The translations under genes were made by a program, and so were the position numbers. Of a DNA stretch of 64,000 bases, positions 1-15,941 are shown in pieces; position 1 is the stretch's first letter; the number at the start of each line of letters is the position of its first letter. The notes beneath the pieces were generated by a model that saw only the letters and a list, made by a program, of their open reading frames with translations, made no database searches and had not been told where the DNA came from. This DNA is from Macrostomum hystrix (lineage: Eukaryota; Animalia; Platyhelminthes). The stretch spans positions 2,666,001-2,730,000 of the forward strand of contig CATNEN010000039.1 in NCBI GenBank assembly GCA_950097015.1, read 5' to 3'.

Positions 1-679
1 GTGTTGTCCTTAAAGTGCCAACCAATGGCTTCATAGACATAATCAATCTACCACAACCAATAAGATAAACATAAAATTCACTTTACGAGTACTGAATATC
101 CATTTTTTAATCCAAAAGTCTGAGACTAACAATGTGACGAACATAGCATAGCTGATAGTTAAATAATAAAAGATTGCATGTATTTCAATAGCACTGTACA
201 TCGACAAATAATTCAATGATGTGCGTCATAACTAAAATGCTAGGTTAGAGTCGAATGCAGCGCGCCGAAACTGTTCCCAACAGCTTTTTGACGGCTGGAC
301 TGAAGACAGGTTACGCAATTTATCAACAGAAAGCGCCCTACAAAGAAGCATCCATATGGAAGCATCATAAAAATATTTACGAATTACGAAGAGATAAATA
401 CTGCAGCAACAAATAGTCCGAAATTTTGTTACGAGCGCCCGTAAGTTGCGACGAAGTGGGGATCAATGGACGCGAGGATCACAGTATGCGTTAAGTCAGT
501 GCGACGGGTGACTGGTGTACATTGATTGCCAGCATAAGAAACTGCCGGCCGGGTTGAAACAATCCATTGCTTTGGCCATGACGCTTTTGTTTTACGAGTA
601 TTGAACAGAAATGCCCATTTTGGCTTTGGGATATTACTGCAGCAGAGAAGGACAAGGGATTAAAGAAGGAACGCCGGTG

Positions 680-2261
<1,582 letters not shown>

Positions 2262-4374
2262 TTAAACGGTGCTCCGCTATTCCACTTTGACAGAATTCGA
2301 TGACAGAAGTTGGCGCAGTCGGACCGAAGCCTGAGATCTTTTTTGGCCTGCTGCTTTTGCTCAATTTAAGTTATTTTTTAACTTAAAGCTTGTATTTATC
2401 GATTGCCAAAGCAGATAAATATTTATAATATTAAAATATGTATTTATTTATAAAGACTTATCGATTGTCAACCATTAGGTAGAAATAGAAAATAAATAAA
2501 TAACATACAGATGCGAGAAGCAATTACACAACGAAAATATAAAGGCAGAAGAATGACTCTTACCATAAGAATTTCTCCAGTCTCCTTGAAGATGAAGGCC
2601 TAGATAAGAGGAGGAATTGGATGGTTCATGATTTTCAGCACAATATTAAGATATTCTTCTACACCTTGCTAATTTATGTAATAGGAAGAGCAGTTACAGT
2701 AGAATAAGTTAAATCGAAAATGGTAAATGCGTGGTGTGGTTCGCTACAAGCGTTTGATTATATTTAACCTAAATTTGTTTCTGCACTACTGTGTAAGTAC
2801 TAAGCACACAATTTTAAATATAAAGATCTACTTTGATGAAAAATTAGCTAACAACTAAATATTTTTTTCGAATAAAGTCGTACTAAAAGTTTAACGTGAG
2901 TCAGCACTAATTGAAAAATTTATTTGGAATCCTAAATTTGGTACTTTTCTCAAGTATTAGCTACAAGGCAGTCTGTATTCAAGCTTGTATTAAATAATTA
3001 AATGTTAAACATCGTGCGACGTACTAATCTACATGTACAGTTACGTCAAGCTCGTAGTATGTGTCAGTTACTGACTAATATCGAAGAGTGATACTGTCAT
3101 TACTTGCTATGCCCGCTCGTTTCATTTTTCCTCACAACCTTGTAGCGAACCAACTCGCGTCTCCGCCAAAGAATGCACAGCGAAAGTTTTTCAAGTCAGC
3201 TGAACTATAACTGCTAGCGCACAAAGAAGCTGATGAGAGGTGAGATCAGATTTGGCGGATCTCCTCCAATCAACTCTTGCGTTAGCTGTTCTAGTCAAAT
3301 TAGCATGGTTTATTTTTACGAATCAAACGTCTTTCAAATACACACTTATAAAATTAATATCATATAAAATGCTTAGTCAGTTTGGGGAAGACATTGCAGC
3401 TGATTGAAGACGTCAATCACGGATAAGTGTTTTATTTGAAAGACGTGCTCTTTGCTAATTCGCTAAACAGGAATATATAACTCTGTGCACTCTGAAAGGT
3501 GGGAGCTGCAACTAGGCCGCTTATTTCCTTCCTTACGCCAAGATTTTATTACCAAAATGACTGCTTAGACCGCTCTGGGAATTCAGTTTTCTGTGTTTAA
3601 GTCGTGTAGGAGAAAGACGGTTGAAACGAATAAACCAAGGCTGTGATTTTTCGCTCGCGTTTCTCGGCAGAAACGGCAACACCACACAGGTCTGGTCTTA
3701 CAAAAATAAGCATTAATGTACATATTTGTAACACTATATATTATTATTTCCAAGTTTGATTCGCGATCGCGGATAGGATGAAAAGCAAAATGACATGCAC
3801 AGAAAATAAATGGATTAGAGTGGAGTAACAGATGGTACTTATTAACTTAATTATAGAACTATTGCTATAATTATTATTGGGACACATAAATGGTATTACC
3901 AAGCTAAAGAAGTTAATTGCAAAGCGAGAAGAATTTTACATAGGAGATTAGATATCGGCAAAAGGGACAAAATTGATATTTTTCAGAGGCGCGGAAACTT
4001 GTGTAAAAGCGGCACAAATTACAAAGCTTGCACTTTTCGGAGGCATATTATAAGTTAAGGAATGGATGTAAAAACATTTCCATTGGCCAATAAAACTTGT
4101 CATTTAGGAACAAATTATTATATCGTTCTTTCTTAAACCCAATTTAAATTCTTAATATCCTACATATCGGGATTAAACTAAGATAGTTACCTTTTACATA
4201 AGAAGTACTGCAAAATCTGTTGTTATTTAAAGTTTAATTAACAGATATCTCTTTATTAAGTGTTCGAAAAAACAACCAGCTGTTTTAATGGCCGAATTTT
4301 AACTAAGAGCATCAACAGCATCAGTTATTAATTAAGCATTTTAGTGAAGAGCTCTCTAGTAAATACAGCATACG

Positions 4375-4380
4375 TTTATT
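4375..4380 (-). terminator. Candidate AATAAA polyadenylation signal of domino
   Basis: AATAAA on the minus strand about 17 nt downstream of the stop codon. Confidence 0.5.
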
Positions 4381-4396
4381 TAATGCAAAGCAAATT

Positions 4397-7300
4397 TTAA
4401 CGCGGGTGCTGATATCCCAGCGCACCGGGAGAAGCAGCGGCAGACGAAGAGGGCGAGGCTGGGACAAGGCGTACAGTTTGCTGCGGCAGTGAGCGGTGCA
4501 GAGTGATCAGTTGCGGCTGCTGCTTAGCCTGCGGAACTAGAATTAGATTCTGACTAGGCGAGTGTGTGACAGGTACCAGACGAATGGCTTGGTGCTGCGT
4601 TTGTTGCTGAAGGTAACGCGGCTGAATAAACTGTTGGTGAATGACCTGGCCGTTTGGAATGACAATCTGGCGAGTCACTAAAGTTACCGGCCTAGCCGAA
4701 GGTTGCGGCTGCAGTAAGGTAACACCTGGTGTTGTAGCTTGTGGTGCAGTTGTATGCGAGGCTGACAGAGGCTGTGCCAGAGGCTGAGTGGAATGTGCGA
4801 ACGATGCAGTGGATGGGGGAAACAAGCGGAAGCTTCGCTCGGTCGGGTCAGCTTTGCGCTTCTGCTGTCGCATTGTTAGAGTTGGAAGCTGAACAGGTGG
4901 GCCAGAATCGCTAATTATTATACCGCTTGTCTCGTCGTCAACGATTACTAAGCTCTCTTCAGTTAGAAGCTGCTGGTGCTGCTGCAATTCTTGCTGCTCC
5001 TGTTGAAGCGGTGACATTGACTGGCCTTGCAGTGCCGCAGCTTCCGCGGCCATACGCCGTTGACGCTTAAGTTTCTTAGCCTTCCGTCTTGCCGCAAGAG
5101 CGGCTGCTGCAGCTGCATGTGATGAATTAGCGCCACCGCTAATGGAGTCCTCAGCCAGCTGCACCTGCTTGATTCCCAGACTAGATACCAGTCGGTCGGC
5201 GGTCCTTCCTCGGTCCGGTGATCCGCTAGCGGTTGCCTCGCCTGTCCCAGCCTCGTCTCCCTCTGCCAAAAAGTTCTGCTCAGTCTCATCCATGTCCATT
5301 TGCCGTGCAAGCTCCCGTACCTGTCTGCCGGGATCGTAGGCTCCATAGCACAGGAACATGTCGTCCTCCTCCAGTTCGGCGCGCAGCTCTTCTTCTTGTC
5401 GCAGCTGCTTGAGCTGCTGCAGCTCCCATTCGCGCTTGGACTGCTCGATGTTGACCTCCGCCTGCTCCAGTTCCCAGTTCATCACTAGCTCCTGGTGAGA
5501 CTCGATGAAGTTTAAGCCGTAGCGCTCTAGTGTTGATAACTAAATAGGTGGATTTTAAAGAGGATTTTCAGTTCGATCAAAAATGTTGATGAATGAATTC
5601 TGCTACGAAGTATCTAAAATTTCAAGGGTTAGATCAGACCGCAACTTATTAGCTGCTAAGTTTAATAGCATAGCCAGAACGAAATCAATGCGGGGTCCCG
5701 CCGCTTTGAGCAGCGCGCATTGCAGCACCACTTCAGCGCACTCCGTAGTTGGCTGCCAAGTATTTTGCTTCATCATTTCTAACCCTTTATAATTTTTGTT
5801 GATGCAGCTGTTTCAGTTATGGTTTGAAAAATACTTAAAAAACGAATAAGGTTTAAAAGTATTGAAAAATGCACCCACTGAATGACGTCTAATCTTGGAA
5901 TTCTTAAGCACGATAAAGGCACGAATTTCGATAGTTCAGTACCGTGACTCTGAACTCCCCTGTGTCAAGACTGATTACACAATGCACAATCCGAAAACAT
6001 TCCTACCTCGCTCTCCAACGCAGCCAGCCTGTGTTCCATTCGCTGCTCTCGCTCGCGAAGTAGAGCCTCGTTCTCATCCCAAGGTATCTCTTCGTCGAAT
6101 TCAGCTAGCTCGTCCACTGTCTCCTTTTTAGCTTTTTCAGCGGCTTGTCGGTCGGATTCGTCCTCCACTTCTTCGAGAGCCTGATCATTGATTGAGATAG
6201 AAATGCGGGTTCCATTAAGGCTCGGCAATCGGTGAGTATGGATAAAAAGCAATAAACAATGTCGAAACATTTATAAAAATGCTGAAAGTCATTCCTATCG
6301 ATCAATGATCATTTGTTAGCGTCTTAACTGAGATGCTCACATATATTGATTTTTAATCATTTTTATGCTTAGTTAGTCAAGACAAATTTACAATGAGCAA
6401 ACGTACCATTTCGATTCCAGGACGACTCTCGGGTTCAGTCGGACGAGTCGGCTGTTGCTGTTGCTCAGCTGCTAAGCGAGACTTCTTAGCAACCAAGTCC
6501 TCTAGGCCAGACGGCTCTGAGAACAGCTCCTTGATGGTGTTCTGTTGAAAGAAAGCCGCAGTAAAGTTGCCCCCTTCTATGGCAACGTCGTTAAGCCAGC
6601 GCTTCTGATTGGCCTTCTTAAGGATGTTTTCCTCGACGGTTTTCTCACTGATTAGCCTGAAAGAAACAGTTTGTAGTACGCAATAAAAACAAGCAAAGCG
6701 TCAAATGAAAAAATATAGAAATACAGGACATGTTAGCAATGTAGCAAAGCCATCTGCCTATTCTAACCTGGATTATTAGAAACATGGCTAGAATAGGAAA
6801 ATTACTCAGCAACCAGTGTAATGTTAGCCGTCACTCTTCAGCCGATGAAATCAACTTTAAAAGTGTTTTTGAAGTCTCGGAAGCGGGAGACGGCAAAAAC
6901 TTGTTAAACTACTTAATAAACGATGCTGTTTACTTATTCATAAAAAATCCAGTCAGTAGCTAAGTGATAATCTAACATCAGAGATCTGAATTGCAGGAAT
7001 AATTTCATCATAATGAGTCTTTCTTGACGAGTGCTCATGCCTGTTTGTCAGATCTCACCTGTAGATATGGACATCGCGAGTCTGGCCAATCCGATGGCAG
7101 CGGTCCTGCGCCTGCGCGTCCATTGTGGGATTCCAGTCAGAGTCGTAGAACACGACGGTGTCGGCGCCAGTTAAATTGACGCCTAGGCCGCCGGACCGTG
7201 TGCTAAGGATGAACACGAAGATGCGGGCGTCGGCGTTAAAGCGCTCCATTAGTATTTGACGTTGTTCTACGCGAGTAGTGCCATCCAGGCGCAGATATAT

Positions 7301-10300
7301 GTGCCCGTGGTGTGAAAGAAACTGCTCTAAGATGTCGAGCATGCGTGCCATCTGGGTGAAGATTAGCACCCGATGGCCTTTTGGCTTCAGGCGCTTAAGC
7401 AACAAATCGAGGCTTTGCAGCTTGCCGCAGTCGTACTGGATCAGGCGACCGTCAGGAAATTGAACAGCCTGCCGGCTAGCGATTGGGTGCAGCAGGTCGC
7501 AGCGGCTGCTTTGGCTGCGAATAACAGTCTCTAGTTCGACGACAGTCCGGCGCTGCTGCCAGGGACAGGAAAGCAATGGCTCAGCGGCCAGCACCGGGGG
7601 AACGGCGAAGCAGAATCTGAGATAATAAAGGAGTAACTTACATTAACTAGAACGAAACGAATTGAAAAATAAAAAGTAGCACACAGGTTAATAGATCATT
7701 CTTAGATCGTCATGATTTAACATCAGCTTTGAGTCTGAATTGCAGGATTTTGTAATCATTTCAGCAGATAAAATAGTTTTAACATGTATTTAAAGCTCGA
7801 CTGACCTGTCAATAGCATCATCAAGTTCCATGAGCAGATCCTCCGGTCTTTTGACAAGCTCATCGAGACCGCTGGTGGATGCGTAAAGCAGTCGCGGATC
7901 GGCCTTTCTCATCTGAGCCTTGAAACAGTGCAAATAGCCGCGAGTCAAACAGTAGGATTGGCCACGCGGCTGGGTGCGTTGGGTGCTGCTGGTCCACAGA
8001 CAGCCGCGACGCCAGCTTGGCTGCACAGCATGCGCCTCGGTCGGGTGGCGAAAAATGGAAACAGCAGAGAGCAGGTCGCAGCCATACACAGGGCGGAACA
8101 AGCAGCGACGATTACTGAGCTGGTCCAGCAAGCTGACTCGATCATGACGCGCTTGCTGTCGTTTCTGAAGAATGCTTTCGGGCAACTGAGCGACTGAGCC
8201 CGTTGAAACCGAGAGTTCTGGATAAAGTTTGGCAGATTAAAGCACAGAAATTATTAAATTAATTACACTTTGTTAATACGTTTTTCTTACATAAAAAATT
8301 GTATCGTTACTCGGGGGCTGCCACTGCTAGCGCAATGAATGGGAATAAAGCGACAGCACGTAAATAACGAAGGCGCTGCTATATGGCCATCTTGTGTTGT
8401 AATCTTATAAGATCATGTCATTCGTTGTTGCACAATACAGTTTAGAGGTTTGAGACCACGCATTATGCGACTTTAGAATGACAAAATGGCCATGTATATA
8501 TATGGGTTGATTACAAATTATAACCACAGTAAAGTGAAGCTTACCAGCACTAGTATTATGCTTGCCAGCGAGTTTTCGACAAAGATGCCGGGTGTCAACC
8601 TTCTCCGGTGGAGGTCGCGATCCTACGAAAGTCAATAAGGACAACGTCTTATAATGCTGAGTTTAAACTATACAGTCCTGTTTAACTGAATTATACACGT
8701 AAAACTGATCATCAAAATCTCTAATCAGCATTGCTTTGAAGCTTAGTCAGCCAAGAGAAACAAGTAATCATGTCAGTTCTCATCTGAGGATAATAATTAT
8801 AAATATAATATCGAGGTTCCACTTAAACAAATGACTTACCATTCAGAATTGCTACTAGGGCAGAGAAATTTGTTATTAGAAAGCAACAGGATAAAGCAAG
8901 GCATTAACAAAAGTTCCGCCATTGAAGATATATAATTCAAAGGTCTGCTTTCTTTGTATAGGACAGAGCAAGGTAAAACTAAGACAAGACAGGGCACGAA
9001 AACAGGAAGTGAAGAGCGGGAAAACGGGCGGAGCGAGGGTTAAATAACCCAGACAGAGATAAGGGAGGGGGTCTGGGGTTGTGGGGGTAGTGCGCACGCG
9101 AGGGTGGCGTGATTAGCCCGCTGGGCCAATTAGAGAGAAGAGAGGGTTGCAAAGAAAATTCTAGAACGATTATCGATTTTTCTAAGTGTAGAAAAATGGC
9201 CTCCAGTGAGAATGAGTTGCAAATGTACATAGTCACAAAACGTCTTTAGAGCGTGGAACCCCACACAGGCCCCAGCCTGGGCCGCTGAAGGTTTACAGGA
9301 CAGGGAAATGGGGGCATTTTCTGTGTTGAAAAAAGAATTCCAGTTATGCTAGATAAAGCTTCGGAACTGAAAGGCCTAAAAGTTAACTAGGTCCGATTCT
9401 TAGTGTGGACAGCGGAAAAGGATTGCTGGAGAGCATAACCTGCAAACTCAGGCCGAAGCCAGCAAGAGGAATATCTCGCTATCGCTGCTAGGGCTAACTC
9501 CTACCCTTAGGGGAAAAAGTCAAAGCCAGAAGAGCGAGCCAATCTTAAAATGTTTCAACGTTTGCGAGAAAAAAAATATTGCAGAAACAAGAAAAAAAAA
9601 CCACAAAATTTGAGGTTAAGTAAAAATAATAGTTGAAAGTCACGAACCAGGAGACAGCGCAGCCGCTTTAGCCAACTCCATCTTTGACTCCTTTAAAGTT
9701 GCTCGCGAGATGAATGGCTTACGAGAAACTGGCAGGCCGCGAAATTCAAACACCGACTCCGGAGCCGAATCTCCTAAACAAGCCTTCGAATTTTCAGCTA
9801 GTTCTTGAATCAGTGGACGCTTAGGCCGCAGCTGCTCCACGCGGCTGGCAACGAAGCTGGGCAGATCGCGCTCCATCTCGCACATGTTTGGCCACAGAGT
9901 CTCGAGCATAATCTGTCGCATAGGATCGTAATCACGCAGTCGAAGAACATCACCTGGCACCACAATGCGCAGGGCTTCAACTCGCAGTGGAGACACGGTG
10001 GGTCGCTCCTCGAAAAGATTGGGATGATTGCAGACTTTGCGCAGCTGCATCAGCACATTGATAACGCTCATAAAGTGGCCGGTGGCCAGCGTCTCCTTGG
10101 TGGATGCTCGCGACATAAAGTCGTCGTATAGATACCGCTGTCGCTTGGATAGGCGGCACATGACCACATGCTCATACTTTTTTGGCATTTGCTTTTCAAC
10201 GTCTTTCTTCAGTCGGCGAAGCAGGAAGGGTCGGAGCACCTGTTTATTATATAGGACGATAATCGATAATAATAAATGTATAGAGTAAAAAATTGCAACG

Positions 10301-13300
10301 AAAAAAATTGTTAAAAAAATTTATACAATTCTTACCTTGTGCAGCCGCCGGACCAGTTGGTCGCTGTACTCCTGCGTGCCCTCCACCATACCAGTGAGCG
10401 GGTTGGCGAACCATTCGCGAAACTCTCGATGCGACTGAAAGACCTGCGGCATCAGAAAATGCATCAGTGACCACAGCTCCATAAGAGAGTTTTGCAGCGG
10501 TGTTCCAGTTAGCAGAAGGCGACGCTGACTGTTAAAAGTGAGTAGTGTCTGCCAGCGCTGCGACTTAAAGTTCTTGATGTTCTGCGCCTCGTCAAGAATC
10601 AGGTATTTCCACTTCTTCAGTTTGAAACAGCGAGCATCCTGAATAGCCAGCTTGTAGGAGGTGATGCACACGTGAAATGCGTTGGTCTTGGTCCAGCCCT
10701 TGCGCTTTTCTTTGCGCTCCTTAAGCGAGCCGAAGTAGGTAAGGATTTTGAAGCCCGGGCACCACTTCTTGAACTCCATCTCCCAGTTAAGCATGACGCT
10801 TGTTGGCACTACGATAAGGTGCGGTCCCCAAACGCCACGATCGCAAGCAAGATGCGCCAGCAAGGCGATGGTCTGGATAGTCTTGCCCAGGCCCATCTCG
10901 TCGGCCAGGATGCCATTAAGCCGCTTGTCGTAAAGAGTGGCAAGCCAGTCTAGGCCCACAATTTGGTACTCGCGGAGGTTGCCGCCCCGCAGCAGATGGG
11001 GAATAGGCACGCTAATCTTTGTCGACTTCAGCGTAAATCCCTTCGGCAAGACGGAAAGTGCCTCAGCTGCAAGCTCACGGTAGTTTTCGTCAAGCTTTTC
11101 ATGGCAACGCTTGCGTGATTCACCATCCTGGCCACTGTCATTGGTGGCGGCGTCGACCTCGGCAAGCTCAGCTATGGCTGACTTTGCAGCAGTTGCAGCT
11201 TCATCGTCATCATCGTCAGTTTTATCCCAGGCATGGCCAGACTTCTCATCAGAAGACTTACCGCCCTCTTCCACCTCATCATTGTCGGAAACGCCACTAG
11301 CATCACTTTTGTCCTCGGTCAAGGCAGCATCTTCCGCTTCACCATCGGCGTCAAAGGCACCACGATAGCGCTTAATTAGCTCCTCTATTGGCAGCTCCGC
11401 TTCCTCAGCAAGCTGGTCAACTTCAGTACCTTCGTCACCGTCGGCTGCAGCGTGGGCCTCCTCCTCTGCGATTGTGTCTTCAACGTCATTTCCGTCGGCA
11501 TCATCGCTGTCCACGTGAAATTCCTCGTCGTCATTGTCAGCAGCGCCTCCGTCGCTGATATTATCATCGGCCACGGAGCCCGGCAGACTGGCCGGTTTAG
11601 CTAGAATCTCCGGTGGGAGGCTTCGCAGCAGCTCCTCCATCGGCTGCTCCATGTCGCGCTGTAAAGCAGCAATTTCATCTTCGGCCGCTTCGCTAGTAGC
11701 TTCGGCAGCGTCCTCCGCCTCCGCTCTCGCTATTGTCTCCTCGTCGTCAAGTTCTGCATCCAGATCAGAAGCAGCTGGGACAAACTCTTCATCTTCGCCA
11801 CCGCCAGTAGAGCGGGGCCCACCGCTTCCGCTAGCTGCTCCGCCTCCTGTGAGACCTTCAACAAGCCACTCTGAATACTTTTCTGTCTGGTCGACGATAA
11901 AGTTCAGGTGAAGATCTAACGCTTTACGGCGCTTTTCTTCTAACCGGTTGCTGTGCTTGTACTCGACGAACTGCGGGACAATAGCAGCAGCCGGTTAGCG
12001 AGGTCATTAGTAACGAATATCTAAGACAAGTTAGTTATACTTAATGTATATATAACAACTTTCAGCAAGCAAATTTGTTTGGATTTGAAATTCAGTTTTT
12101 TGTAATTTGAAGCATTTTTATATACTGTAATTCTAATTTATAACACAGACGCATCGTGCGGTGTTGCAGTTCTGTGTCAGTGAAAAAGAATTATTACTGT
12201 AGCGAGTTTTCACTAGCCCAGTGAGCGCAACAACTGTGGCTATTTTAACAGAGGCACATAAATTGCTGCTCACATTCGCAAGGGCAACTCGCAATCAAAG
12301 CCAATGCGTACAACACTGCAGACTTACCTTCTGAATGCCCATCCACCACTCGCGCACCATGCGAGCGCACTGCGAGGCAATGCGCTTTAAGCTGTGAAAC
12401 TCCTCCTTCTCCTGGCGGCGCTCCCGGTCTTCTTTCTCACGAAAGTGCCGCTGCACCATCAGGCACATCTGAGAGGAGAAAAAAACAGGAAAAATTCCTA
12501 TCTCGACAATCACAAGACTTATATGAAAAACTAACAGGAAGCTGTTTTTGGCCACTTGTCCTTGTCATTTTTAACGGACCGAATTTAATATTTTTGGGCA
12601 AACCTTTAACGAAACTTCATTATTTTTTTCTGACTGGTTTGGTCCGTTAATAGATTTCTGTTTAGGTTTCTAGAAGTGTTTTATCTCTGAAAATTTGCAA
12701 ATCTAGGCAGCTTCTTTGTTCTTTCAGGATTTATTTACTTTTTTTTCCGTACAATCGTCTGCGCGTTAATGCGGATTCACTTTATTTAACCAGGCTATCG
12801 GGTTTAGTCCCAATTATTATTTAAACTTAATAATATTTTAATTATATATTTTTAACAAAATACCCTTCTTCTAGGTTACTAGCTGTCAAACCCCAAATCC
12901 CTTAAAAGTTTCAGCTAAAAACAGTTCCTTCAGGGTGTTAGTTATCAACCCCAATCCTTCAGGGTGTCACTTATTAGCCCCGATCCTTCAGGGTGTTAGT
13001 TATCAACCCCAATCCTTCAGGGTGTCACTTATTAGCCCCGATCCTTCAGGGTGTTAGTTATCAACCCCAATCCTTCAGGGTGTTAGTTATCAACCCCAAT
13101 CCTTCAGGGTGTCACTTATTAGCCCCGATCCTTCACATTGTCAATAGTTCTGGTCCTTTAGATTTCTTGGAGCTACCCTCGCTATTCATGTTATTTATTT
13201 TATTTCCTCACTTATCTTTCTAGCTGCCTTGTCTCTCCAACGAATTTATCTCAGTCCCTAAATTTTGGGATCATTTGGGATCACTTATGGACATCTGCTA

Positions 13301-14466
13301 CTTAAGAGTTGAAGTTGTTTTTATTACCTCTCAGTCGGCCCGCTTAGAGCCCTATCAAAGTTGCGCAAAACGCCCGTTTCAGCACAACAGAAATGTAACT
13401 TTTATCAACGAATAAAAATTAACTTTCGTTTAACGCTTTTAGTTTTAACGAAAGCTGAAGTTATCAAACCCAATCCTTCAGGGGTCGATTAAAAGTTATT
13501 TTTTATTGTAAACACTTATTAACTTAACAAAGTTAAAAAAATTAATGCCTAACAATGACAGGAAGTAACGTCTTCGCCTTGCCTTGCGAGAAAAGACCCG
13601 ACGAAACTTTCTCTCCTGTATGAAGTCTGTAGCCAGCCATTGCATCTCTTCTAGCAGGTAGTCCCAGTGAGACTTTGGCCTGGGTGGCTCCATGCACTTT
13701 GGTAGGCGCTTGCTGGACCACAGACCGGACGCTTTGAGTTCGGCAATCTTCTGCATGACCTGAGCCTCGTGCTTAGCCTGATCGGCAATTTCCGCCTCCT
13801 TTTCAGCCTTTGCCGGTGAGGAGGGCGTCTGGCTGCGCTGCTGAGGAGGAGATACCTCTGACTGAATGTCGAACAGATCCACCTGGGCAAGCGTTTGCCT
13901 GAGCGACTGCTTCCGCTCGGGCTGAGGCGCCGGTAGCTGCAGACAATTTACCACGGCATGGCTAGAAGCAGATGCCTGGCTGGCCTCCTGTGGCACTGTG
14001 GGAGGCCTGGCAGGATGAAAGAGACGGAAGATCGGATTAACAATCGAGCACAGTGGAATTAGTTAGTTTCTTAATCTGACCTAAACATTAAATTTGATAA
14101 ATACTTTTACTCTACCCACATTGGGAATAAATCGGCAATCCGACCAGATGATTCAACTTCGGCGATCCATCTTCGATCGTCCTCGTCTAATGCGTTGGCC
14201 TTTAATGTGGCTAGGAGAGATTTAGGACAGGCTTGGCGCCAGAGCAGATAATCCAGCAGATTGTTGCCAGCCTGCAAGTAGCTTAGCTCGGCCAGGTGAT
14301 CGTGATAGGCCCGTCTCAGGTCAACTAGACTATTGGTAGAGCAGGCCGCGGCGGACAAGCGGGGCCGCTTTGAATCAACTAAAGGAGGCGGTGAGAGGAC
14401 CGGACCAGACGAGGTCCGCTTGGGCTTGGCACCTCCGCAAACAGAATTTCCTGACGCGGCAGACAT
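4397..14466 (-). CDS. dom: Domino/SRCAP/SWR1-family H2A.Z-depositing chromatin remodelling ATPase, ~1,900 aa
   Basis: Exons 14466-14111, 14006-13583, 12468-12328, 11970-10336, 10239-9648, (8854-8840), 8217-7806, 7616-7059, 6656-6407, 6180-6007, 5539-4397 join in frame (5700 nt). HSA domain (KSHWDYLLEEMQWLATDFIQERK), GILADEMGLGKT, DEAQ box, split helicase C lobe (YDCGKLQ, FYDSDWNPTMDAQAQDRCHRIGQTRDV). Confidence 0.95.
8840..8854 (-). other. Candidate 15-nt (or 12-nt) frame-preserving micro-exon of domino
   Basis: TTTCTCTGCCCTAG|TAGCAATTCTGAATG|GTAAGT. Phase 1 on both sides, matching the flanking exons. Confidence 0.6.
12925..13135. repeat. Intronic 29-bp minisatellite with two unit variants
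   Basis: CCTTCAGGGTGTTAGTTATCAACCCCAAT and CCTTCAGGGTGTCACTTATTAGCCCCGAT, about 7 copies; an isolated copy near 13460-13483. Confidence 0.9.
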
Positions 14467-15941
14467 ACTGATAGGGCCGTGTCTAAGAGTCGCGGCAGAT
14501 AAGAAGTATCAATTAGAAGCGTCAGACAAAAAGCACATGCAGCGGCTTCTGATTGCCGCCTGACAACTTTTTTGCCAGTGCTGCTGCGCCAGTGGACTGC
14601 AGTTGATGGGCTGCAGGTTTAACAAGTTATTAGAAAATATTTTTTGACCTAAATACACAATCATATATGAAATAAATCAATTATTTTTAAGAAACTTGAA
14701 ATTTGCCTACAATATTAATTTGATTTGTAATATCCAAAACTTATAAGTTAGAATGCATTAGAATTCCATTCGATTTAATTAAATTTGTGTAAATAAAAAT
14801 AAGTAAAGAACAGACAAGACTACAAATGTAAAATACAATAATATGTGACTCTGTGGCTATAAAGGCTATTATGAAACATGTGTTAATGGTTACATTTCAC
14901 ACATTTATAAAAAACCTAACTGTATTACCAAGATTTGTTTGTTAGAAAAAATAAAAGTTAAAGCTTCTTCAAACAGAAAAATTGTTATACCACCACATAT
15001 ATAGATTTATTTATTTTCTAAGATTTATAATGCCAAGATATTTATATGAAGCAATTTTTGGTACAAAACTTGGCACAGAGCCCAGTGACTATTGTGCTAG
15101 TGAGCATAAGGCTTAGTATAGTATAGTCTGCATCAGTAATCTATTTGGTTTATTCTATTAAGTATACCAGTCTATTTGACTTCTGGTTGACTACAGGGAT
15201 GGCAATTCAGGCTGGGTCATCCTATGTGAACAAGCTGAAATGAGCACACCAGCCTATCAAGAGCGACAAGCAACAGAGGGAGGCAGCCAGTGATGGCAGC
15301 AGTGAGGTGCCCAATGACAGCTGGGTTGTGCTGTGAGTGAGAAACTAGTGAATTGTGTGAGTTACCTTTTTGCCCAGTGAGTTTAGTCCAACACCTCAGG
15401 TGGGTGTGGTGGATATGATGCTCAATATTTATGTATTGTCAGTTGAATTTTTTGTGCCAGACCTGTTAATGATTGATTTATTAGGTTAATTCCATGTTGC
15501 TTTTTGCATTTTTTTCCAGAAAAATCTTGTTAATATTTTAATATAGCTTAATTTTTTTGTAAATTAAATATTTTGGAGCAGTTGCATTTTTCATGCATTC
15601 GCATCGGGAATTCCCGACTCCTAATGCAGATGGCAAACTTGTAATGGTCCCCCCTTATAGATTCGAGTCAGGATTCGAGTCAAAGCAGCCCGGCCTTAAC
15701 GGCTTTCTCTCTTCTTCTTCTGTCTATGGTCCCGTTAAGCTAAGCTTCGCCTCAACTGTTGCACCCCTTTTACCCCCCCCAAGCTAAACGTAAGAGTGAC
15801 TACACGGCTTATTCGCACGCGCGGCTTTAACCCAAATACACTCGTTATATTCGCTATAAGAAGCTTCCTTTGAGTCTTGACAGTTTTTAATATGAATATA
15901 TATAAAATAAAGACTCCTAAAATGGATAAACCAAAGCTTAC

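Noticed and set aside
12571-12650. Short inverted repeat TTAACGGACC...GGTCCGTTAA
   Set aside because: Too short and single-copy in this window to call a MITE.
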